From Haplodiscus bocki (lineage: Eukaryota): a stretch of DNA of 64,000 bases. The position numbers and the translations under genes are program-made. The DNA lies in assembly GCA_965655095.1 (NCBI GenBank), contig OZ296649.1, positions 94,240,001 to 94,304,000 on the forward strand. The letters run 5' to 3'. Shown here piece by piece: positions 38,401 to 48,618 of this stretch (within the stretch, counting starts at the first letter, position 1; every line of letters starts with the position of its first letter). The notes under the pieces were generated by a model. It was not told the origin of the DNA and ran no database searches. It saw only the letters and a list, made by a program, of their open reading frames with translations.

Positions 38401-41400
38401 TCGGTTGCATCATAGGCTGTGAGGACCTCGAAACAGTTGCACAGCGTTTGCATTGGTAATACACTTTGATTCACTCACGATTTCTTACACGGATTGTTTT
38501 CGATAAAATTAAGGCTCAGTAACTGATTGATGAGATTTTGCACTCTCTTTGTCTTTCTACTGCAAATGGCATTTTTGTAGCAGTCGCAAAATTCTGCGAG
38601 AAATAATGGCGTCTGGAAACTATTATGTGTCTTGCTCGAAGTCATGGGCTTAGTTTCTCAGCGCTTATGTTTTCTTTTAGAATTTCTTCCAAGATTTTTA
38701 GACACATTTCAAAAAAAAATTAATGATAGAGCCTTTATCTCTGAGCTTAGCAAGGGGATCGGTATAAATTATGTGAAATCGAGGTGCAAGAGAAGGGCAA
38801 AAAGCTTCCCAAAAGACAGTGTTGAAACTTTTCGGCCAACATGGTTTCTCAGCTGAAGCATTTTGAAAAGACTGGCCCACTGGGTTCAAAAATTTTGACG
38901 CCTTTTTACTAGTCATCCTTGGTCTTCACCGTGTCAAAGTAGTAACCCAACGTTGTGGTTGTCAATGCTGAGCCATTCACGCAACGCTGCCAAGAATTTT
39001 TCGATAGCAGAAAACTGGCGGGAAAAACCCTGAGAACGACATTTCTCAGAGAGCATATTTTTCACCACATTTCTGTGCTCTTACTGACTGAATGGTCTAC
39101 TGAAACAACCTATTCAACCAACCATATGACATGAGCATGTTTGATAATTTGCCATAATCGGTTTTTTGTTTCAGTTTCTGTTTTGACGAAACATTTTTCG
39201 GAAAATTCCTTAATTCCAAGATCAACCCTTTCTTCATATTCAAAACTCACTAATCGCAATCCCAAAAATCTCATTGAAAAGGGTTTATTCGGAATACATT
39301 TTCACCCAAGGTTTGTGGAGCCCTTTCGAAGTGCAAATCGACTTTCCTTAGGCTTTAACAAAGGTGAAACTTTTTCGCCGCCTCGTTTTCTCTTCACAAA
39401 TCAAAATTAACGGCGGATAGCATGAATCTCCACTCTTGTAGCTAACATTAGGACCCATGTTTTTGTCACAGGCATCACAGGTTGTGAGAGTTTTGAAGAA
39501 TTGCGCAGCGTTTATATAGGTAGCAAGCTTTGATTCACTCGTGTTTTTTACCTGTAATGGTTTCGATAAAGGAAACTTTCAGTGCTTAACTGACAACTTT
39601 TTGAACTTTTTATTTTTCCATTCGAAACGGCAGTATTTTAACTCAAGTAGAAGTCTAGAATTATCAGTCGCCTCCGGAATCGATTAGGTGTCTGGCTCGA
39701 AGCCGCCAGCTAAGATCCTGAGCGACTATTTTTTTTAATTTCGTTGCTCTTCCCAGATTTCGATACACATTCAGAGAAAGTTTTATTTCAAAACTTGAAA
39801 CGCCGAGTCCAGTTTTAGCAATGATAGAATTTTTCCGTAAAGCTAGTTGCGAGAGAAGCGCAGGAAATTCGCCAAGTTGTTTTGCAAAGTCTTTTCGGCC
39901 AACATGGTTGTTCTTGCGGAAACTATTTGAAACATTGTTATCAGCTCACTGCTTTTATAAAGTCTGACGGTCCTTCACTATAAGCCGTTGGTTCAATGGT
40001 CCTCCACCGTAAAATATTAGGTCACCCAAAAGTGGTTGACCACGCCCAAACTTTTTGCTGCCAAAATTTTTTCGCTGCCGGATTACTGGCGAAATAAAAC
40101 TGAGAAGCGATGACTTTACCGAGACCAAAAAACTTTTTATCTTTTTTCTCCACTTATATTGACTGAAGCGTTTAAAAAAAACATCTAATCAGCGAAACAT
40201 CAGTAGCTATTTTGATAATTTGCCGACTTTTTGTCTTTTTTTGGTTTGGTCTTTTTCGGGAATTTATTAAAATACTTGATTATCCGGTTCTTGTTTCGAA
40301 AACAAATTTTCATAGCTACAAAGGCTAAACGAAGACGTTTTTTTCAGCGAAAAAATCCATTCCTGGTTTGAAAAGTTCATTTTGAGTGCAAACTTGAATT
40401 TATCTAAGTTATAAAAAAAACCGTGAGTTTCCTGCAAGCTCGTTTTACCACCAAAAACTTGATTTTTCGAGCGTAGAATGTATCTCAACTGGAATAGCTG
40501 ACATTAGGAGCCTAGTTTTGTCACGTGTATCGCAGGGTGTGGGAATTTTGAATGAGTTGCACATCGTTTAGATAGGTGACAAATTTTGTTTCAGTCGCTC
40601 TTTTCACCTCGAACATTTTCGATAGGGCAAAATTTCAGTACCTAACGTAGAATTCTTTTTTCTATATGTCTTTCTATTCTCACTCCAAAAGCCAGTTCCT
40701 TAAATAGAAAAAACGTCAAGATCAATTAGGGGCGTCTGGAATGTATTATGTGAGTGGCACCAAGCCATGCGCTTAGTTTCTCGGCGCCTATGTCTTTTCT
40801 TTCTTTAATTTGCAGATTTCGAGAAAACTCCAGAAAAAAATTCTAAAAGCCCACAACTCCCAGCCTAGGAGTGTTATAGGTAAAAAATTATCGTGAACCT
40901 AGGTGCAAGAGAAAAGCCGCACAAATGCTGCAATAAACATGCCGAAACCTTTTAGCGACGATTGATTTTTTAAATAGATTTTTTGATTTTTGGTTATGAG
41001 CTAACTGCGTTTATATAATTTGACGCTTTTTCACTACTTACCTATTGGTCAATTGGATTCCTGAAAAATTTAAGTGAAATTATAAGTTTTCAGTTGAACA
41101 TACCGATAACTTTTGGCCGTCCAAAGTTTTTTGCTGCAGAAAAACTTTCAAGAAGAATTAAGAAACACTGTTTTCTCAATGAGCAAGCGGATGCTCTGTA
41201 TTTTTCTGATTCTGTGCTGATAAATAGCTTTTTAATGATATGTAATCAATGAGTCAAGAAAAAGTAGATTTTTTAGCAAATTGCTAAAAAAAATGTCATT
41301 TTTGGCTTTTTTGCAGGGTTTTGGCAAAAGAGTTTTTTCGGTAGCTTCGCACTTTTTGTGATACCTTTAGGAGGTACTACTCACACGCCTTTATCTCCGA

Positions 41401-44400
41401 TCCCAAAGGTATCGGTACAATTGTCTTTTAGACCAAACGATAAGGCAAGCGCCAGAATGTAAATTAAAAAAACTTTCAGAAGTTTTTCCAGCAACCGGGT
41501 TTCCTGGGCCCAAGCTTTTTGGAATTGTGTAAACTTAGGCAGAATTTCGGTTCCTCTGCACTCAGATGCACTTCTCCAAGTGCATGTTTAACCACTTGCA
41601 CCAACTATTTGCAGTATGTGATACCACTTTCACCATTGTTGAAACTTTCGTGTTCGAATCTTTTGGGCCCAGCAGAAAATGGTCAAAACATCTAAATTAA
41701 AACGTTCTAATTTCGCAGATTTTTTCAAAACACTGGAAGGTTTCTTTTGCACGCCTACGTCCCACATCCTATTCCATTTCTTAGCATTTTTTTTCACAGG
41801 CACTGAGGCATGGCTAGAAAGTGCATTTTGATTTCGGAAACTCCACCAAAGTTTTTTTTCGACGAAAAAACGTTAAAGTTTGGTTGTGTGACATTCAAAT
41901 TTGGCAAATTGCAGAATTGTAAGTACTTAAATTTGCAATCTAGCCCGCAACTCTGGTTGCCCTTTTTGAATACCTTCCTCAATTCTTCCGGATGAGTATT
42001 TTACGCCTCAACTAATTGGTCGGACCGTTCGAGAATCTTTTTTGTTCTAAAAACTGATTTCTTTTGTGACTTTCAAGTACCGTAACTTGAAGCTTCAAAA
42101 GCATCCTCAAGCACTCCAATTTTCCTTTGAATATCTTTTTCGCTTACATTTTCCGAAAGAAAAATTCATATCCAGATTGTCTTCATTTTCTACCTCGGCG
42201 AACAAACTGCCCTGGTTCGATGCATTTACGTTTTTCAAATCGGAAAATTTTGGTGAATCGAAGTTTCCAGTAATTGAAGGAAATTTTTGCTGTCTGGTTT
42301 GATTCGCATTTTTTGCCTTTGGAAAAGTTTTCACGAAATGGAAAAATAACTGATACTGAGAAAGCAGTCTGTACATAGCTATGTGTGCAGCTGGAAGCCT
42401 TGCGCTATGTTTCATAGCGCCTACGTAATTTCTAATTTTCTCTGCAATATTCGTGACATCTTCAAAAAAATTGTCCTTTTGCGCCTGTACCAACCAGCAT
42501 ACCAAAGATATTGATGAAACGTTTTCTGAAACTTCGAAAAAATCCCAGGATGGAATTATCCCGGAAAGTTTTTCCAGTAACTATTGGCCAACATGGTTTT
42601 TTCAACCGAATTTTATCGAAGAAGCGTAATCTGCCCACTGCTTTGACAAAATTTGAGTTGCTATTACTGGCAACCAATATTCCGATGTACCGTTGTCGTA
42701 AATTAAGTAGCCGTCCAAGATTCTGGTTGACATCGCCGAAACTTTTTGGATGCTAAAAAACTTCGACGGTCGGAAAACTGGCAAAGGAAAATGAGAAACG
42801 ATATTTTTTCACGGAGAATGTTGTACTGTTTTACCACTTCCTTCAACTCACACTGACTGCATTTTCTATCCAACCAACGAACGAACAAAGATTAGTTTTT
42901 CCGATGAGTGGCTGAAGATTCTGCTTTTCCGTTTGAGTTCTAGCGAAGTTTTTCTCGCAACAATTATGAAATTTAAACATATCTCAAATTTTCGCTTTCA
43001 AAAACAACATCTTGGAGCAACAAAAGTAGACAGATGACGCCGTGTTTGGCCCCCGTTTTCACCCATGGTTTGTGGAGGTCCTTTGGAAAGGCAAAAAAAA
43101 ACATTTTTAAGCTTTCATAAAAGAGAAATATTTCAGCCAGCTGGTTTTTTTCTATCAAAAACTATAATATAGGAGCGTAGCTTAAATCTCCATGTTTATA
43201 GCAAAAAACGAGAGACAGAGCATTGTCGGTTGCATCATATCCTGTGTGGAACTTGAAACAGTTGCACAGCATTTGCATTGGTAATACACTTTGATTCACT
43301 CGTGATTTTTTACACGGAATGTTTTCGATAAACTGAAGACTCAGCAACTGACTCATAAGTCTTTGCATTCTTTTGTCTTCCTCCTGCAAAGGGCAGTTTT
43401 CTAACAGTAGCAAAATTGTGAGACATAAAACGGCGTCTGGAAACTATTATGTGTCTTGCTCGAAGTCATGGGTTTAGTTTCTCAGCGCCTATGTTTTCTT
43501 TTAGATTTTCCTTCTTTAGATTTTCAGATATTGTATGAAATCCAAGTGCAAGAGAAGGTAAAATACATCCCAAAAGACAGTGTTGAAACTTTTCGGCCAA
43601 CATGGTTTTTCAGCTGAAATAATTTGAAAAGATTGGCCCGCTGGTTGTGTTTTAGGGAAGTTTTCTCAGAAAAAAAAACGAATTTCAGGATTGTCACATA
43701 ATATCACATCAAAAAAAGATCAATTTGGAGCCACAAAAGCTGACTAAAACTATTCAATCCAGTGGACATTTTTACCCTCGACTTTTTGAGTACTTTTAGA
43801 GTGCTCAATTTCTTTAGGTTTTTACAAAGGCGAAGTCTTTCACCCAGCTCGTTTTTTTCTTCAGAAAACAAAATTACTAGAGCAAAGCATGTATCTCAAC
43901 TTTCAGAGTTAACAACGGGACCCATGTGTTTGTCGCGGGCATCACAGGTTGTGGGCGTTTGGAAGCAGCTGCACAGCGTTTACATAGGCAACAAGTTTGA
44001 TTCACTCATGTTTTGGTACATGGATTGGTTTCGACAAAGGAAACTTTCAGTACCTAGCTGATAACTTTCGCTTTCTTTTTCTCTTCGTAGTCGATACGAC
44101 TGTTTTTCAACTGGAATAAAAGTCTGGAAGATTGAGTTGTTTTTAAAATTTTTTTGTATGATGCTCGAAAACGTGCATTATATTTCTCATTACCTATATC
44201 TTCTTCTTTACTTTCTTCCCAGATACCGAGGCACAATGAGAAAAATTTTTATAAGCAAACCTATATCTGCAACCTTAGCAAGGTTATCGGTATAAAAAAC
44301 CGAAGGCAAAAGAGGAACTCAAAAACATGCAAAAACACCTTGCCCGGCCAATACGGTTTTCTCAGTCCAAACGTTTTGAAGTTTCGTAATCTGCCCAATG

Positions 44401-46136
44401 CGTTCAAATTCTTTGACGACCTTTCATCAGTTGTCATTGGTCCAAGGGTGCATCAACACTTCTTAAAAAGTCGCTCAAAACTGTAGATGACATTGCCGAT
44501 TCTTTTTGGCTGCCAAAAACATTGGCTGCCGGAGAACTAACGAAAGAAGGATTGAGAAACGATACTTTCTCAGAGAGTAGGTTGTATTTTTTTAGCACCG
44601 TTCTCTGTTCTTACTGTTTCGATTGTGTACTGAAACTACTTGATCAAAAACACAAATAAATAGAGATTTTTGATGATTTGCCATAAAAGTTCGGCTTTTT
44701 TAAGGTTTTTTGGTTCAGTTTTAGCAAAAATGTTTTCGGAAACCTAATGAATTTCAAGACCAACCATCTTTTTCACTTTCGGGAACCACTCTTTGGTGCG
44801 CAGAAAGCAAACCGAAGAAGTTTTGTTCAATATACCTTATCATCCATGTTTTGTGATGGTTTTATGCAGACCAAAATTGAACCTATTCAAGTTTTTACAA
44901 AGACAAAATTTCTCGCTAGCTAGTTTTTTCTTCCGAAAACAAAAACAATGAAGCACAGCATGTATTTCAACTTTCAAAGCCAACAAAAGGACGCATGTTT
45001 TTTTCGCAGGCATCACCGGTTGTCAGGGGTTCGAAGAAGCTGCACAGCGTTCACAAATTCTACAAAATTTGACGCAGTCGTCTTTTTTTACCTGGAACCT
45101 TTTCGGTAAAGCAAAGTTCCGGTAATTAGAGGACATTTTTTGCTATAGATCGTTTTATTCCTATTCTGAAGGGCAGTTTTCTAAGTGGAGTTAAAACGTG
45201 CTACAATTAGTGAAATCTCCCAAGCTTAAAGGTTTTCCCTTGAAACACTGGCCTATTTCCTCACCGCCAATTTTCTTCCAGAAAACCAAAAAATGGAAGC
45301 AAAGCTTGTATCTCGATTGTTGTAGCGAACAACGGGACTCATGAAGTTGTCGCCTACATCACGGTGCGTGCATGTTTTGAAACAGTTGAGCAGACCGCCT
45401 TCACAGAGGTACTGATCTTTGATTCAATCGGGTTTTTTAACTGGGATGTTTTCGATGAAGGAAAGGTTCAGTAACTAACTGAAAAATTTTTTCCTTTGTT
45501 TTTCTCTGCCTACTAGAAATGGAAAGTTTTTGAAAGTAATAAATTCTATGAAAAATAGTTGCGTCTGGACATTTTGAGGAAAAGTTTTCTTCATTAGCTT
45601 TGACATCCGATTCCAGCGAGATCATCCTTAAATACTTTTCGTAAAAACAGGCCCAAAAGAAGGGCAAGAAAAATGTCAAAAAGTTTGCCCAGACTTTTCA
45701 ACCAACATGGCTCTGTGCAGAAACTTAGAAAAATTCGATTAATTGCTTTTTGCTTCCATAAAGATCGACGCTTTTTAATCAGTTACCCAATGGTCCAATG
45801 GACCTCCTAAAAAGAAGTAGTCATCCAGGATTTTAGTCGACCGTCCCAAAAACTTTCGGCTGCCCAAAATTTCTTGTGGAAACAGTTGAGAAACACTGTT
45901 TTTTTTTTCAAAAAGCAAGTGGTTCGTTCTCTCTAGTTCTCTTTGCCTATGCTCACTGACTGATCTACAATTGCTATCAAAACGCAGAAACAAAAAGAGT
46001 CATTCCTTTCTGTAGTATGCGGAAAAGATATTCGAGACTAGGAGAATGTCAATGCACTTTTGTTGTACACCTTGGGAGATGAGAAGGATAATTAGTACGT
46101 CTAAACAAAAGTTCTGAAATTTTTTGGCCAACCTGG
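23400..46136 (+). repeat. Diverged monomeric layer of the same satellite family (full, truncated and 'W'-type monomers)
   Basis: Degenerate anchors lie at ~24323, 25964, 27088, 37810, 38873, 42631 and 44391. The tail motif GTCTG.AAA...TATGTGTG.GCTCGAAGCC and the AACATGGTTTT box recur throughout, with many indels. Confidence 0.88.
35000..44400 (+). repeat. Relic ~4.8-kb tandem duplication (about five subunits), 2 copies
   Basis: Paired landmarks are 36190/41001 (gctaactgcgttta), ~36760/41565 (cttctccaag.gcatgtttaacc), 37810/42631 and 38821/43582 (gttgaaacttttcggccaacatgg). ORFs 37681/42511 and 37650/42462 translate to related sequences. Confidence 0.8.
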
Positions 46137-46160
46137 TTTATTTGCAGGGATGTAGAATTT

Positions 46161-46231
46161 GCTGGATCCAGCCCATTCAGCTGGAAATTGGATCCAGCAG
46201 ACCGTTTGCTGGATCCAGCGCTGGATCCAGC
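46161..46231. repeat. Left subterminal cluster of the palindrome GCTGGATCCAGC (putative transposase-binding sites)
   Basis: Perfect copies at 46161-46172, 46208-46219 and 46220-46231; partial TGGATCCAGC at 46189-46198. Confidence 0.85.
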
Positions 46232-46269
46232 ATTCTCAGAAAAAAATAACAAATACGTAGAAAATGAAA

Positions 46270-47781
46270 TCAATCAACGTCAACATTACACAGCCATGTG
46301 AGTATTTGACCTTCTACATCCTCAGTTTTGGATTCCTTAGAGGCAATTTTCAATATTCGTTTAAAGTTGTACCGTATGAAGAGTTGAGTCTTTAATTTTT
46401 CTGTCTTCAGATTGGATCGGAGCCGCGTGTGTACTATCTTGTGACAAGAAAAGGCTCGCTCAACTACCGCCTCTATAACTGGCATTTCTAATATGAGATT
46501 TGCAGAGGTTTTATGAACTGGGAAATTTGAGACGTTGAGAGGAGCTTCAAGAACTTGGGTATCACAGAATTCTTCTTTTTCTTTTTCGAAATCTGCAGAA
46601 CGAGATTCGGGCAAAATGCACCGGAGCCACTGTGTCGCCTTTTGGGGGTCATTTTTGCCGTATACCGAGAGGAATACTTCTGCTTCCGGGGTTAATCCCA
46701 GAAAATCCTGGAAATAATATGTCAAATTTTCCATCAGCCGTTCAGAAAACATTTTCCATCTGTTGATAAAAATTATTTCCAGCTCACATCGTGTTTCAAC
46801 GGGAAGGGTGAATAGTGACCAATTTTGGCGAATTTCGAGAAAAGCCTGAATAACCTCATTAACAGTTGCTTTGTCAGATTGAATAATCATTATATGCTTT
46901 GCCACAACATCCAAAATTAGATGTGCATGTGAAAAAATAGCTTGGTCCTCTGTTGTCCCCAAATTGCGCTCGTGGCATTTTTTCAACGTTTCGAACTTTG
47001 AGTTCCATCGAACTTGACTATACCTGGGAACGGCGCCTTCTGTTACAAGTGAATCCACTTTTGCCCCAGCCTTTGCCACATTTTCAATTGAGCGAAAAAC
47101 ATCGGCCATGACAAGATTTAAAATATGTGCCACGCAATCACAGTTAAAAATACTTGGGAACTCACGGTTCAATAATCTCAGTGATTTTTGCATGTTGGCT
47201 GCGTTATCAGCATGGGCCCCTATGATAATTGCCTCTTTCTCTGTCAATTCATGGACTGTTCTTATGGTCATGGATAGTATATTGTCCGCAGATTTGTCTT
47301 TACAGTTTACACTGAACCAGAGGTACACACTGGATGAGGCAGAGACCATAAAACAAATATGATGCACGCCGGATATGTTGTTCGTCCAACCGTCCAACAT
47401 AATCGTGCCGAACTTCCCCCGAAGAAATTCCACTATTTGAGTTCTCCAATTGGCCGCTAGTTTACTAGCCTGATCAGTAATTTGCTGCCTTGAAATATAT
47501 TGATAAAACACCCCAGGCAAATTAAAGAAACACTGACCAACTGCAAATACAACGAGCGTTCCGTGTAATGTGATTGGCCGAGAATTCGCCGCATCAAATC
47601 CGTCTAATTTAATTCGCTTACAATGCACGCGTGAACTGAATAAACGACGCGTAACGTGAACGCTGCGTACTGCACGCATATATAAGGTAGCTTGCATAAT
47701 CCTCAGCAGTGCTGCAACCGTTGAATACAAAGTTTGGACTATTTTAGAAACACAATCTGTAATGTTGGGCATATAAATCAT
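46270..47781 (-). CDS. hAT transposase (DUF659-like RNase H core plus C-terminal hATC dimerisation domain), ~503 aa from the first ATG
   Basis: Motifs are MLDGWT (Asp1), HADNAANM (Asp2), CVAHILNL (CxxH), VRWNS (RW motif) and PVIEAVVERAFS..H..LRSNL......LFIRYN (catalytic Glu and hATC). The track's 47826 start is a TTG within the subterminal repeats; the first ATG is at 47781. The true start is uncertain. Confidence 0.93.
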   Translation of the reverse strand: MIYMPNITDCVSKIVQTLYSTVAALLRIMQATLYMRAVRSVHVTRRLFSSRVHCKRIKLDGFDAANSRPITLHGTLVVFAVGQCFFNLPGVFYQYISRQQITDQASKLAANWRTQIVEFLRGKFGTIMLDGWTNNISGVHHICFMVSASSSVYLWFSVNCKDKSADNILSMTIRTVHELTEKEAIIIGAHADNAANMQKSLRLLNREFPSIFNCDCVAHILNLVMADVFRSIENVAKAGAKVDSLVTEGAVPRYSQVRWNSKFETLKKCHERNLGTTEDQAIFSHAHLILDVVAKHIMIIQSDKATVNEVIQAFLEIRQNWSLFTLPVETRCELEIIFINRWKMFSERLMENLTYYFQDFLGLTPEAEVFLSVYGKNDPQKATQWLRCILPESRSADFEKEKEEFCDTQVLEAPLNVSNFPVHKTSANLILEMPVIEAVVERAFSCHKIVHTRLRSNLKTEKLKTQLFIRYNFKRILKIASKESKTEDVEGQILTWLCNVDVD

Positions 47782-47796
47782 AGTTTTTCTAAAAAC

Positions 47797-47875
47797 GCTG
47801 GATCCAGCATTCAGATTGCTGGACAAAATCTAGCAGTCTGCTGGATCCAGCTGTGGATCCAGTTTTGCTGGATAC
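47797..47875. repeat. Right subterminal cluster of GCTGGATCCAGC
   Basis: Perfect copies at 47797-47808 and 47840-47851. Partial copies at ~47818 (GCTGGA), 47854-47862 (TGGATCCAG) and 47867-47873 (GCTGGAT, abutting the TIR). Confidence 0.85.
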
Positions 47876-47882
47876 ATCCCTG

Positions 47883-48618
47883 TTTATTAGCCAATAGTTT
47901 TCGAAAATGTGTACACTAACTACGAATCTTATCGGTGCTTCTGGACTCAAATGCACTTCACCAAGTGCGCATTTAGCTTAATGTACCGATTAAATGCTGT
48001 TTGTTATCCCACTTCGACCGTTTTTTGACCTTCCGTTTGTGTCGGTTTTTTTCGGCCTATCAGATAAACGTCCGAAGTCTGGTTTCTCTTGTTCTGTTTT
48101 CGTAGATTTTCCAACACCTCCAAGAATTTTTCTTTTGAACGTGTATATCTCACTCCCTAGTCAACCAATTAGCCTATTTTTTCACAAGCGAAGCAACATG
48201 ACATTCAGGTGATTTTGGATTCTAAAAACGCCACAAAAATGCTTTGTTTTGACGGAAAGCGTTAATTTTTGAGTATTTGACATGCGAATCATGTACTTTG
48301 GGAAAAGTAAGTGCCTCCTCTAGATTCCATCCTCGGGAAAGTTGATGAAAATGTTAGGTAATTTCTTCCCCATGGGTGTTTCACACCACAGTTGAGTGGT
48401 CGGACGTCTCGAAAATGTGTTTTTTGGCTCAAAATTGCTCGTTTGTGTCATTAAAGTAGCGCACATTGAAGCTTCAGAACCACCAATAGGCCGTCCTGGT
48501 TCCACTTGAAAAGCCTCCTATGGTTGCAGTTTTAGAAGTAGACTTCTAATTGAACAAGTCCATGGCTACTATTCTGGCAGAAAATTTGCCCTGTTTTTAT
48601 AGACTTTTGTTCTCCAAA
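47883..48618 (+). repeat. Diverged W-type monomer interrupted by the hAT element
   Basis: Colinear with 50430-51130 (actc.aatgcacttc.ccaa; gtgtcggttttttcgg; agcgcacattgaagcttca), but visibly more diverged from the array units than they are from each other. Confidence 0.85.

Larger units (their letters stand above)
46145..47882 (-). mobile_element. hAT-superfamily (Ac-like) DNA transposon, 1,738 bp, both ends intact
   Basis: TIRs are CAGGGATGTA (46145-46154) and TACATCCCTG (47873-47882). The 8-bp TSD is tttatttg (46137-46144) and tttattag (47883-47890). Removing the element restores the satellite site ggcc.acct.gtttattagccaata seen intact in downstream units (e.g. ~55432-55455). A transposase ORF lies inside. 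Confidence 0.96.

Noticed and set aside
262-45993. Many 60-140 aa ORFs, several repeated, as a tandem gene family
   Set aside because: They are F/K/L/S-rich products of T/A runs on both strands, often with non-ATG starts. Homopolymer indels break them between copies and no domain is recognisable. They repeat only because the DNA repeats.
1-46136. Monomers as tandem LTRs, MITEs or Helitrons
   Set aside because: No TG...CA ends with PBS/PPT, TIRs, TSDs or coding remnants could be identified. A remote TE origin cannot be excluded without a library search.
46161-46231. GGATCC (BamHI) clusters as cloning-linker or vector contamination
   Set aside because: They sit symmetrically inside TIRs with a TSD, around a transposase ORF, so they are native subterminal repeats.
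46049-46273. 74-aa ORF containing AGSSAGSS repeats
   Set aside because: It is a translation of the GCTGGATCCAGC repeats running out of the element into satellite.
46270-47781. Domesticated ZBED-like host gene
   Set aside because: Intact TIRs, a TSD and identifiable empty sites show a genuine insertion.
47782-47826. ORF-track start of the transposase at 47826 (518 aa)
   Set aside because: It is a TTG inside the subterminal palindromes. A eukaryotic element would most likely use an ATG at 47781 or later.
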